Part shown: piece after piece, positions 10,463 through 19,246 of the stretch
Layout of the letters: each line of letters begins with the position of its first letter
Numbering within the stretch: the first letter of the stretch is position 1
Notes under the pieces: generated by a model
What the model saw: only the letters and a program-made list of their open reading frames with translations
What the model was told of the DNA's origin: nothing
The model's database searches: none
Assembly (NCBI GenBank): GCA_031414935.1
Contig: JANOQR010000142.1
Location: 15,638 to 79,637, forward strand
Length of the DNA stretch: 64,000 bases
From: Luteolibacter sp.
Lineage (GTDB): Bacteria; Verrucomicrobiota; Verrucomicrobiia; Verrucomicrobiales; Akkermansiaceae
Direction of reading: 5' to 3'
Made by a program: the position numbers and the translations under genes

Positions 10463-10582
10463 GCTTGGGTCGAAGATTCCGATGATCGCGACCCGTTCAA
10501 ATCACTGACGGATCGTGATGTCGATCACGTTCGTGGACTCCATCCGTCGCGTCACCTATCGACCACGGCCCCCGTCGTGCTC

Positions 10583-11089
10583 TCACTCGCCCAGAAACTT
10601 GAGGACATCCTCAGCTTGCTTATCCGTCGAGGCGCTGGCGTCGCTCCAGACCAGTTTCCCGTCTTTGAAGAGGAATGCTTGGCGTTTCGCAAAGCCGACT
10701 GTTTTCGGGACTCCAAACGCATCGACGACTTTCGAGTCCGCGTCTGCTAGAAGATCGAAAGGCAGTTTGTATTTCTCTTTAAAGGCTTTTTGGCCATCCA
10801 CTTTGTCGGTGCTGACGCCATAAATTTTCACCCCTTTGTCAGTCAGCTTTGCGTAAGAATCACGTAGGCTGCACGCTTGCTTGGTGCAGCCGGGCGTGTC
10901 GGCCTTTGGGTAGAAATAGACGAGCAGGTAGCCTTTCGCTCCGACTTCTTGCAGCTTCACGAGTTGGCCGCTTTGGTCTTTTTGCTCCACCGTGGGCAAG
11001 TCGGCACCGACTGCGAGTTCTGCGGCAGACGCGTTGGTGGTGAAGACAGCAGCGGTCACGGCGGTGAGAATTTGGGTGATACTTTTCAT
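10583..11089 (-). CDS. bcp: Exported Bcp-type peroxiredoxin (thiol peroxidase)
   Basis: 168 aa. Signal peptide MKSITQILTAVTAAVFTTNASA, then the peroxidatic-Cys motif YFYPKADTPGCTKQAC. Confidence 0.85.
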   Translation of the reverse strand: MKSITQILTAVTAAVFTTNASAAELAVGADLPTVEQKDQSGQLVKLQEVGAKGYLLVYFYPKADTPGCTKQACSLRDSYAKLTDKGVKIYGVSTDKVDGQKAFKEKYKLPFDLLADADSKVVDAFGVPKTVGFAKRQAFLFKDGKLVWSDASASTDKQAEDVLKFLGE

Positions 11090-11331
11090 CGCCCGCAGCC
11101 TTGCACATCATCTGGAAATAACAACCCCCCTCTTCATCGGAAGGCGAATCCCCAACATCCTAGAAATCGAGATCGCCCCTTCTGCTCCATTTTTTGCGAC
11201 CTTATTTCGCCTTTTTGCGGCTAGAAAAATCTTCTCTCGTCATCCACCCGTCGCCCCATTTCACCGCTTTTTGCCGCAGGAAATTGTGTCTTGAACCCAC
11301 CCCCCAGCAGCAATCATGGTGGCGCGAGTCC

Positions 11332-13098
11332 ATGCCGAAGCCCGGAACCGAAAACGAAGTCATCTACGAGGGTATCCCAGCCTCTCCAGGCATCGCCATC
11401 GCTCCGGTGCATGTCATCGCCCGTGGGTTTTCCGCTCCTGAGGTTTATGAAATCGAGGAAACTGACGTGGCCCGCGAGCAAGCGCGATTCAAGCAAGCGT
11501 TAGAAATCACCAAGCGGCAGCTCCTCGAATTACAAAGCCGGTTAGAAGATCTTTCCGGGGATAACGAGAGCGGCATTTTCGAAGCGCATGTCATGATCCT
11601 CGAAGACCGCGCAGTGGTGGACCGGGTGAATCAAGCCATCCCCCGCCGCCTACAAAATGCCGAGTATGCCTACTACGCGGTGATGCAGAATTTCCTCGAA
11701 GCCATGCGCCGCATTCCAGATCCCTATCTGCGCGAACGCACGGCGGACATCGAAGACGTGGCCCAGCGAGTTTTGCGAAATTTCAGCACCGAGGGAGACA
11801 CCCGCGTTCTCGGCCCGGAGGATAAACACGTCCTCGTCGCCTACGATCTCGCGCCTTCAGACGCCGCCTCCATGAACCGCAGGCACGTCCTCGGATTCGC
11901 CACCGAGCAAGGCAGCGTGAACTCGCACACCGCGATTCTGGCACGCGCATTCGGCATCCCCGCAGTCGTCGGACTGGACGGCGCAGTCATCGACATCATC
12001 GCACTGAGCCCATCCATCCTCGACGGCTACACCGGGAAATTGATCCTTCATCCCTCGCCGGAAACCCTCGAACGCTACCGAACCCTAACACTCGCCAAAG
12101 AAAGAGTCCGGCACTCGCTCGACGCGATGAGTGGGGCCGCCACCGAAACCACCGACGGCCGCACGCTCAAGGTCTCCGCAAACATCGAAATCATCGATGA
12201 GCTGCCGCCCGTAAAACGCAGCGGAGCAAAAGGCATCGGTCTCTATCGGACCGAGTTTCTCCTGCTCAATGGCGAGGAAATGCCCGACGAAATGCGGCAG
12301 GCGGAAGTTTACTCCAAGGTCGCCACCGAGATGGCACCGCACACCGTCATCATCCGCACGCTGGATGCCGGCGGTGATAAACTGCCAGTCGAGCCTCTAA
12401 CTGACCCCGAGCCGAACCCGTTTCTCGGTTGGCGCGGCATCCGCGTTTCACTCGCCCGCCCAGCGATGTTTCGCGAGCAAATCCGCGCCGTCCTGCGTGC
12501 CAGTGCCTATGGAAAAGTCGCGCTCATGTTCCCGATGATCTCCGGCCTATCAGAAGTCCGCCGCAGCAAGGACATGGTCCTTCGCTGCATGGACGAGCTA
12601 ACGGAAGAAGGCATCCCCTTTGACCGCTCGCTTCCCGTCGGCGTGATGATCGAAGTCCCCGCCGCTGCGATTTGTGCGGACCTGCTCGCTCCAGAAGTGG
12701 ATTTTTTCTCCATCGGCACCAACGATTTGATCCAATACACCGTCGCCGCAGACCGCGTGAATCCGCACGTCGCAGAGCTCTATCGGCCCACCCATCCCGC
12801 CGTCATCCGGCTCATCAAGCGCACCATCGACGCCGCGAAGGATAACGGGATTTGGACCGGCATCTGCGGAGAAATGGCCGGCGACATCCGCCTCACACCA
12901 TTGTTGTTAGGTCTCGGAGTCGAAGAACTTTCCGTCGGGCCGCAACAAGTTCCTCGGGTCGGTCAGGCGATTCGTTCTCTGAGCTATGCCGCGTGCGCCG
13001 CCATGTCAGAAGAGGCGCTTCGCCATTCTCGCAGTCAGGGCATCCTCGATCTTTCGATGGAACTTGCCCGCAAACACTACGCGGAGTTGCTAGATTGA
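11332..13098 (+). CDS. ptsI: Phosphoenolpyruvate-protein phosphotransferase (PTS enzyme I)
   Basis: The track ORF starts at 11194, but the conserved EI N-terminus begins at ATG 11332 (MPKPG..YEGIPASPGIAIAPV). Phospho-His region GSVNSHTAILARAFGIPAVVG and PEP-utilizer motif FFSIGTNDLIQY are present. Confidence 0.9.
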   Translation: MPKPGTENEVIYEGIPASPGIAIAPVHVIARGFSAPEVYEIEETDVAREQARFKQALEITKRQLLELQSRLEDLSGDNESGIFEAHVMILEDRAVVDRVNQAIPRRLQNAEYAYYAVMQNFLEAMRRIPDPYLRERTADIEDVAQRVLRNFSTEGDTRVLGPEDKHVLVAYDLAPSDAASMNRRHVLGFATEQGSVNSHTAILARAFGIPAVVGLDGAVIDIIALSPSILDGYTGKLILHPSPETLERYRTLTLAKERVRHSLDAMSGAATETTDGRTLKVSANIEIIDELPPVKRSGAKGIGLYRTEFLLLNGEEMPDEMRQAEVYSKVATEMAPHTVIIRTLDAGGDKLPVEPLTDPEPNPFLGWRGIRVSLARPAMFREQIRAVLRASAYGKVALMFPMISGLSEVRRSKDMVLRCMDELTEEGIPFDRSLPVGVMIEVPAAAICADLLAPEVDFFSIGTNDLIQYTVAADRVNPHVAELYRPTHPAVIRLIKRTIDAAKDNGIWTGICGEMAGDIRLTPLLLGLGVEELSVGPQQVPRVGQAIRSLSYAACAAMSEEALRHSRSQGILDLSMELARKHYAELLD

Positions 13099-13151
13099 TC
13101 GGCCAATGAAAACTCATTTGGCGTCCGCGTAAATCTCGATAGACTGGCGGC

Positions 13152-13868
13152 ATGACAGAGCATCTAAAATTGAAAATTCGCCGCGCGGATGAACGCGGCC
13201 ATGCCGATCACGGCTGGCTCGATTCCTGGCACACTTTCTCGTTTGCCGACTACCACGATCCCGCGCACATGGGCTTCCGCTCGCTGCGAGTCATCAATGA
13301 CGACCGCATCGCAGGCGGCGGCGGATTTCCCAGCCATCCTCACCGCGACATGGAAATTTTCTCATACCTGTTAGCGGGCCAACTCGCTCACAAGGACTCC
13401 ATGGGAAATAGCCGCATTCTCCATCCGGGCGAAATCCAAATGATGCGTGCCGGCACCGGCGTTCTCCACTCCGAGTTCAATCCATCCGCCACCGAACCCG
13501 CTCACTTGCTACAAATTTGGATCACCCCAGACACCCGCGGCCTCGCCCCGGCCTACACCGAATGGACGCCATCACCTGAGCACGCTGACGCAGTGAAAAC
13601 TCTCGTCATTTCCCGAGATGGACGCGAAGGCTCTGCCACCATCGCCCAAGATGCCTCCATCTATCTGCTCAAGCTCGCGCCCGGACAGAAAACCCAACAC
13701 ACCCTGTCCACGGGACGCGGTATGTGGCTGCACGTCGCCACAGGAACGATGACGGTGAACGACATCGCCCTATCAGCCGGCGATGCGATCTCCGCTGAAG
13801 AAGCCGGAGAAATCATCATTGCATCCGACTCCGCCGCCGCCCAAGCCATTCTCTTTGACCTCCGCTGA
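13152..13868 (+). CDS. Pirin family protein
   Basis: 238 aa with cupin metal-site motifs HPHRDMEIFSY and GTGVLHSEFN. Confidence 0.85.
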   Translation: MTEHLKLKIRRADERGHADHGWLDSWHTFSFADYHDPAHMGFRSLRVINDDRIAGGGGFPSHPHRDMEIFSYLLAGQLAHKDSMGNSRILHPGEIQMMRAGTGVLHSEFNPSATEPAHLLQIWITPDTRGLAPAYTEWTPSPEHADAVKTLVISRDGREGSATIAQDASIYLLKLAPGQKTQHTLSTGRGMWLHVATGTMTVNDIALSAGDAISAEEAGEIIIASDSAAAQAILFDLR

Positions 13869-13892
13869 TTTCCCATTTTCCCACTCACAACA

Positions 13893-14960
13893 ATGTCTGA
13901 TCCACTCTTCCAATCGCTCCAAGCCGGAGCATTTCAGTTTCCTAACCGCATGGTCATGGCGCCGCTCACTCGCTGCCGCGCATCTGCCGGGCGTGTGCCA
14001 AATGCGATGATGGCCGAGTATTACGCCCAGCGCGCCGCCTTCGGCCTGATCCTTTCCGAAGCGACAGCCATCTCGCCCCAAGGCGTCGGCTATCCTAACA
14101 CGCCAGGCATTTGGTCCGACGAACAGGTGGAAGGCTGGAAACTCGTCACCCGCGCCGTCCAAGACGCAGGCGGACAAATCCTGCTCCAACTCTGGCACGT
14201 CGGACGCATCTCCGATCCCGTCTATCTGAATGGCGAACTCCCCGTCGCACCGAGTGCCATCGCTGCTGCCGGACACGTCAGCCTCATTCGGCCCATGAAA
14301 GAGTTCGTCACGCCCCGCGCCTTGGAGCTAACGGAAATTCCCGGCATCGTCGAAGACTTCCGCCGTGGCGCGGAAAACGCGAAGGCTGCTGGATTTGACG
14401 GCGTAGAAATTCACGCCGCGAATGGCTACCTCATCGACCAATTTCTCCAAGACTCGTCAAACCACCGCACAGACGAATACGGCGGCTCGATCGAAAACCG
14501 CGCTCGCCTCCTCTTAGAAATCACCGACGCCGTCGTCTCCGTCTGGGGTGCAGACCGCGTCGGCGTCCATCTCGCGCCGCGCGGCGATGCCCACGGACTC
14601 GGCGATTCTAACATCTCAGAAGTCTTCCATCACGCCGCCCGCGAACTCGGCAAACGCAAACTCGCCTTCCTCTGCGCTCGCGAGTCCTACGATCAACCCG
14701 CTCTCGGCCCATCGCTCAAGCAAGCCTTCGGCGGCATCTACATCGCTAACGAAAATTTCTCCGCAGACACCGCCCGCGAGACAATTTCCTCGGGCAAGGC
14801 TGACGCCGTAGCTTTCGGAAAATCCGCCATCGCCAATCCCGATCTCGTCGAACGCTTCCGCTGCGGCGCACCGCTCAATCCCCCCGAGCCAAGCACCTTC
14901 TACGCCGACGGCCCGACAGGCTACACCGACTATCCATTTCTCCAAACCACCACCATCTAA
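13893..14960 (+). CDS. Old Yellow Enzyme family NADH:flavin oxidoreductase / alkene reductase
   Basis: 355 aa. Motifs NRMVMAPLTR, QLWHVGR and GFDGVEIHAANGYLIDQFL are typical of NemA/OYE TIM-barrel flavoenzymes. Confidence 0.85.
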   Translation: MSDPLFQSLQAGAFQFPNRMVMAPLTRCRASAGRVPNAMMAEYYAQRAAFGLILSEATAISPQGVGYPNTPGIWSDEQVEGWKLVTRAVQDAGGQILLQLWHVGRISDPVYLNGELPVAPSAIAAAGHVSLIRPMKEFVTPRALELTEIPGIVEDFRRGAENAKAAGFDGVEIHAANGYLIDQFLQDSSNHRTDEYGGSIENRARLLLEITDAVVSVWGADRVGVHLAPRGDAHGLGDSNISEVFHHAARELGKRKLAFLCARESYDQPALGPSLKQAFGGIYIANENFSADTARETISSGKADAVAFGKSAIANPDLVERFRCGAPLNPPEPSTFYADGPTGYTDYPFLQTTTI

Positions 14961-14965
14961 CTCCC

Positions 14966-15535
14966 ATGAGCCAACCAACCATCCTCGTCTTCGGCGGCAG
15001 TCTCCGTGCCGAATCCTACAACCAAAAAATCGCCACCATCGCTGCCGCTGCCGCTACTGCTGCCGGCGCGAGCGTCACCCTGATTTCCCTGCGCGACTAC
15101 CGGATGCCGATCTTCGACGAAGACCTCGAAAAAGCGGAAGGAATGCCCGAGGCCGCCACTCAGCTCAAAGCATTGTTCGCCGCAAACGATGGCCTCATCA
15201 TCGCCTCGCCCGAGTATAACAGCGGCATCACCGCCGCTTTAAAAAACTCCATCGACTGGGTTTCCCGCGCCACCTCGCCAGACGAAGCACCGCTCTCCGC
15301 CCTCAAAGGCAAAACCGCCGCCATCCTCGCCGCCTCACCCGGTGGCTACGGCGGCTCCCGTAGCCTCGCACAGCTCCGGCCCTTTCTCGAAAACATCCAC
15401 ATCACCGTCCTCCCCGGCCAAGTGACCGTCCCCAAAGCCTACGAAGCCTTCGATGCTAACGGAAACCTCGTGGACGCCACCTTAGCCGGAGCAGTCAGAG
15501 CACTCGCTGAAGAACTCGTCGGGAAATTGTCTTAA
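14966..15535 (+). CDS. NADPH-dependent FMN reductase family protein
   Basis: 189 aa. Flavodoxin-like motifs ILVFGGSLRAESYN and ASPEYNSGITAALKNSIDWVSR. Starts 5 nt after the OYE gene. Confidence 0.8.
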   Translation: MSQPTILVFGGSLRAESYNQKIATIAAAAATAAGASVTLISLRDYRMPIFDEDLEKAEGMPEAATQLKALFAANDGLIIASPEYNSGITAALKNSIDWVSRATSPDEAPLSALKGKTAAILAASPGGYGGSRSLAQLRPFLENIHITVLPGQVTVPKAYEAFDANGNLVDATLAGAVRALAEELVGKLS

Positions 15536-15554
15536 CCGAAATTGATGCCGCCAA

Positions 15555-15588
15555 ACAGTCTCCCGGAGAAATCCGGGCGGCTGTTTTT
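15555..15588 (+). terminator. Intrinsic terminator after the redox gene trio
   Basis: ACAGTCTCCCGG-agaaat-CCGGGCGGCTGT (11 of 12 positions pair) followed by a T-run. Confidence 0.65.
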
Positions 15589-15710
15589 GTAAGGCCGCCT
15601 AAATTCGCGTCTATTCGCATTCATTCGCGGTTAGTTTTCTCAAGTGAGGTCGCCCTAGCAGTGAGGGAATTGAGGATTGTGGATATTGAGGAGGTTTGAA
15701 AAGCCGCCTT

Positions 15711-16043
15711 CTAAAACGGCACCTCACCCACCAATTCCCCCGCCTCCTCCGCGATCCTCTCCGCCTCCACCTTCAATTCCCCGATCTCCCGCTCCAGCTC
15801 CTCCCGCTGCGCGACCACGATTCGCCCGATCACCGACTCGTCCTCCTCCGCCGCCCGGAACACCTCGTAATCCGCGCTCGCCCGCACCTCGTCCAGCGTC
15901 TCGATCATCTCCAGAATCCTCGCCTGAAGGTGCTCGTAGAGCGACCGCAGTTCCATCAACCCGCGCGCGCCGTCGAGCGAAACGCTGGCCCAGCCTTGTT
16001 TCAGGATGAACGCCTGCGGGTCCTTGGCGATGAGTTCCAGCAA
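15711..16043 (-). CDS. Hypothetical acidic coiled-coil protein (TTG start; uncertain)
   Basis: 110-aa ORF rich in E/A/R/L with a heptad-like character (EELEREIGELKVEAERIAEEAGEL). By my count about 27 D/E versus 12 K/R. It lies in a strand-biased CT-rich region, so it may be a compositional artefact. Confidence 0.35.
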   Translation of the reverse strand: MLELIAKDPQAFILKQGWASVSLDGARGLMELRSLYEHLQARILEMIETLDEVRASADYEVFRAAEEDESVIGRIVVAQREELEREIGELKVEAERIAEEAGELVGEVPF

Positions 16044-16444
16044 CTCGATGTCTCCCCGGTCGCCTCTTCAATTTCAGCTTCTCAGCCTTTCAGCTTTTAC
16101 CCCTTCGCTTCTTCCAAAGCTGTTTCAGCCGCGCCGTCTCCCCCGCGTTGAGTTCCCGTTTCCCCTCCAGCGCCGATGCCGTGGAATCATATTCCCGATC
16201 CTTCTCCGCCGCCTCACACTGATAGTCACCGGCCGTCGCCCCGGCTGACTCCTCGCCTTCCGCCACCAAGCGGTCGATGAAAGCCCTGCAAAAATGGTTC
16301 TATCGAGGGGCTTGTGCTCTATTGCCGGGACCGCCCCTTTCGAAATCCCTGACGAATTCAAACGATCCGGCAAATCATGCTTCCCACTTTGCCGCTGCGT
16401 GGGTGGAATGCACGGGCAACGTCTGAAAAGACCGTTCTTTTAGA

Positions 16445-19246
16445 ATGAACCTCTACGACCTGATTCAGCAAGCCACCTCCACTTGGATCTCCCAAGAGCG
16501 TGCGAACGCGCAATCGCTACCGGGTCAGATCGTTCAACACATTGCCGCAGCCGGCAAACTCCGCCAACCTCAGATGGAGGCCATTGAAGTCTATCTCTGG
16601 CTCAAATTCGTCGGCAAAAACGCCTCCCTCGGTGATCTCATCCGCAACGGTTCCTTGACCGATGCAATTCCGGACGACGCCCGATTGGACGAAAATCCAC
16701 TCCGGAGTTTCCTCCACCATTTTGCCGAGGCAAACGAACTCAAGGATCTCGCCAGCCAAGTGCTCAAAGATTGGCACGGTAAAGAAGCCGAATGGAGCCG
16801 TTTCCTTGACGATCTCCTCCACAACTTCAACTACCCGCTCTACCTCTACAGCCTTCCGATGGGCGCGGGAAAAACCTACCTCATGGCGGCGGTCATCTAC
16901 CTCGACCTCCATTTCGCCCGTCTCCATCCCGGCGATCCGCGCTTCGCCCGGAACTTCATCGTCTTCGCCCCGCAAGCATCGAAAACGGCCATTCTTCCCT
17001 CGCTCCAAACCATCCGAAACTTCGATCCCGCGTGGGTGCTGCCACCCTCAGATGCCGCAGAACTTCGCCGCGTCGTCCATTTCGAAATCCTCGACAGCCT
17101 CAGCTCCGCCCGCCGCGATAAACTCCACGGCAACAACCCCAACCTCGAAAAAGTCAACCGCCTCACCCAGACTCGCGATTTCGGCCTAGTCTTCATCACC
17201 AACGCCGAGAAAGTGGTCATGGAAAAATTCGAGGACAGCGATGCCACCTACACCAATCCCGACAGCCCGTTCTACGATCTGGAGAAAACCACCGCTCTCC
17301 GCAAGGTGAACGACCTCCGCGAAAAACTCTCCCAGATTCCCGGAATCTCCGTCATTCTCGACGAGGCACATCACTTCTTCAGTGCCACCGGCGACGATGA
17401 AAAAAAGCTCAAGCTCGCCGTGGATGTGCTCAACCAACACGGCCACGTCTGCACCGTTCACGGCTTCTCCGGCACGCCCTACGTGAAGCACCACGTCCCG
17501 CTCGGCACCTCCAAGTTGAAGCTGAACCAAATCCAGCTCATCACTTATCATTACTCGCTCGCAGATGGCATCGGGCGTTTCCTCAAAGTCCCGAAAATCG
17601 TCGGCCAAAACATCGCCGCAGACCGCTTCGTCCACGAAACGCTCACCACGTTTTTCACCGACTACGATCTCGAATACCCCGGCGGCACTTGCAGCAAAAT
17701 CGCCTTCTACTGCCCCAGCATCGAAAAACTCAACGAAGAAGTCCTGCCCGCCCTCCGCGCATGGTATGCCGTGAATCGCCCAGGGCAGGATGACAGCGAA
17801 ATTTTCCGCTTCTATCGCGGCGTGAAAAAATCCCAGAAAGCCTACGCCTTGCCCAAGGAAAGCGACGCCATCTTCGCCAACCTCGACCAGCCCCACATCC
17901 GCAAGCGAGTCATCCTGCTCGTCGCCATCGGCACGGAAGGCTGGGATTGCAAAAGCCTCACCGCCGTTGCTCTGCCGCGCAAACAAACCACCCGTAACTT
18001 CGTCCTCCAAACCTCCTGCCGCTGCCTGCGCGAAGTCGTCTCCGCCAAGAACGAAACCGCCCTCATCGCCCTCGGTGAAGGAAATTATGAGACTCTCGAA
18101 AAGGAACTGAAGGAAACTTACGCCCTCAGCATCTCCGATCTCCGCCAGCAACCGGATGCCGCGATTAACGTGCTCGTCCGCAAGCCGCAGCTTGGCAAAC
18201 TGCGCTTCAAAAACGTCCGCCGCCATTACACCATCGTCCGCGAGTCTCATGATGGCGACGTGGCCGTCCACCTCGCTGCCTTTGATTTCGGCCTCTTCAA
18301 AACCACTCACCCCTTCTCCGCCACCCGCAGCACCGCCGCCGTCGGGAAAAAGGGATTTGCCAACGAAACCACCGCCCGCCTGCAAACCGCCGCCTCGCAG
18401 CACGAACTCCCGTATTCCGGTTTCCTCAACTCCCTCGCAAAAGCTACTTGGGGCTGTTTCTCCCAAGCCGACCTCGCCTCAGAACACAATGCCGCGTTGC
18501 GAGCCATCCACGCCGTCATTTCCGCCCAACTAGGCTGGATCGCCCTCCATCCCACACTCCCGCTTTCCGAAATCATCTCCCATACCGCTTCCCTGCTCAT
18601 GCAGAACATCACGGTGACTCACGAGGATTTGGAGGAGGAAACGGAAATCGAACTGCTCGATTGGCGCATGGATCCGCAGCCCACCATTTCCACCGCAGGC
18701 GGTAAATTTCTACCCCACTTTACGTCATCCGAGATTCCCCGTTACAATCGCTTTCCTCACCGCATGGACGAGGAAATCGATATCGCAGACCTCGATCCTC
18801 AAGACATCACCTTCAACTACGCGCCTTATCGTTTCGACTCACAGTATGAAGTCAACGCCGTGCTCGCACTCAAGAAAATGGCCGAAATGCGCGGCCTAGA
18901 ATTCTACTTCAATGGCTACCGCAACGGCGCGCTCCAGTCCCTCGTCATCCGCACGCCCTACGGAAATTACACCCCGGACTTCCTCATTCTCAAACGCAAT
19001 CCCGCTAACAAACCCCGCCGCAAGGACAACAAGGACGAAGTCGGCACCATCGCCCGCGTCTTGATTCTCGAAACCAAGGGCAAACAGTTCTACGACGCGG
19101 ATTTCCAAGCCAAGGAAAAATTCGTGAACGACGTGTTCGTCAAAACCAATCCCCACTTCAGCTACAAGTGCTTGGTTGATGAACACGAGGACAACGATTT
19201 TACCCATCACCTCGAAGTCGTCGCCCAATTGATTCAAGACCTATGA
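16445..19246 (+). CDS. Type III restriction enzyme Res-like subunit (SF2 helicase with C-terminal PD-(D/E)xK nuclease)
   Basis: 933 aa. Helicase motifs are I PMGAGKTY, II ILDEAHHF, III FSGTPY, GTEGWDCKSL, and VI QTSCRCLRE. C-terminal nuclease signature is YTPDFLIL ... VLILETKGKQF. Confidence 0.85.
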   Translation: MNLYDLIQQATSTWISQERANAQSLPGQIVQHIAAAGKLRQPQMEAIEVYLWLKFVGKNASLGDLIRNGSLTDAIPDDARLDENPLRSFLHHFAEANELKDLASQVLKDWHGKEAEWSRFLDDLLHNFNYPLYLYSLPMGAGKTYLMAAVIYLDLHFARLHPGDPRFARNFIVFAPQASKTAILPSLQTIRNFDPAWVLPPSDAAELRRVVHFEILDSLSSARRDKLHGNNPNLEKVNRLTQTRDFGLVFITNAEKVVMEKFEDSDATYTNPDSPFYDLEKTTALRKVNDLREKLSQIPGISVILDEAHHFFSATGDDEKKLKLAVDVLNQHGHVCTVHGFSGTPYVKHHVPLGTSKLKLNQIQLITYHYSLADGIGRFLKVPKIVGQNIAADRFVHETLTTFFTDYDLEYPGGTCSKIAFYCPSIEKLNEEVLPALRAWYAVNRPGQDDSEIFRFYRGVKKSQKAYALPKESDAIFANLDQPHIRKRVILLVAIGTEGWDCKSLTAVALPRKQTTRNFVLQTSCRCLREVVSAKNETALIALGEGNYETLEKELKETYALSISDLRQQPDAAINVLVRKPQLGKLRFKNVRRHYTIVRESHDGDVAVHLAAFDFGLFKTTHPFSATRSTAAVGKKGFANETTARLQTAASQHELPYSGFLNSLAKATWGCFSQADLASEHNAALRAIHAVISAQLGWIALHPTLPLSEIISHTASLLMQNITVTHEDLEEETEIELLDWRMDPQPTISTAGGKFLPHFTSSEIPRYNRFPHRMDEEIDIADLDPQDITFNYAPYRFDSQYEVNAVLALKKMAEMRGLEFYFNGYRNGALQSLVIRTPYGNYTPDFLILKRNPANKPRRKDNKDEVGTIARVLILETKGKQFYDADFQAKEKFVNDVFVKTNPHFSYKCLVDEHEDNDFTHHLEVVAQLIQDL

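Noticed and set aside
11194-11331. 46-codon N-terminal extension of ptsI in the track
   Set aside because: The conserved enzyme I N-terminus begins at ATG 11332, and the upstream residues have no counterpart in EI proteins. Similar longest-ORF extensions were trimmed for pxpA, ppdK, dinJ, the ABC ATPase, the L,D-transpeptidase and the repeat protein.
15677-16151. Pro/Arg/Ser-rich plus-strand ORFs (110 and 151 aa)
   Set aside because: They are products of the CT-rich strand bias. PPPP/RS-type low complexity, with no start context.
17186-18466. 426-aa minus-strand ORF inside the res gene
   Set aside because: It is antisense to an ORF with a full set of helicase motifs. Its product is low-complexity G/E/A/V-rich sequence, typical of antisense frames in GC-rich genes.
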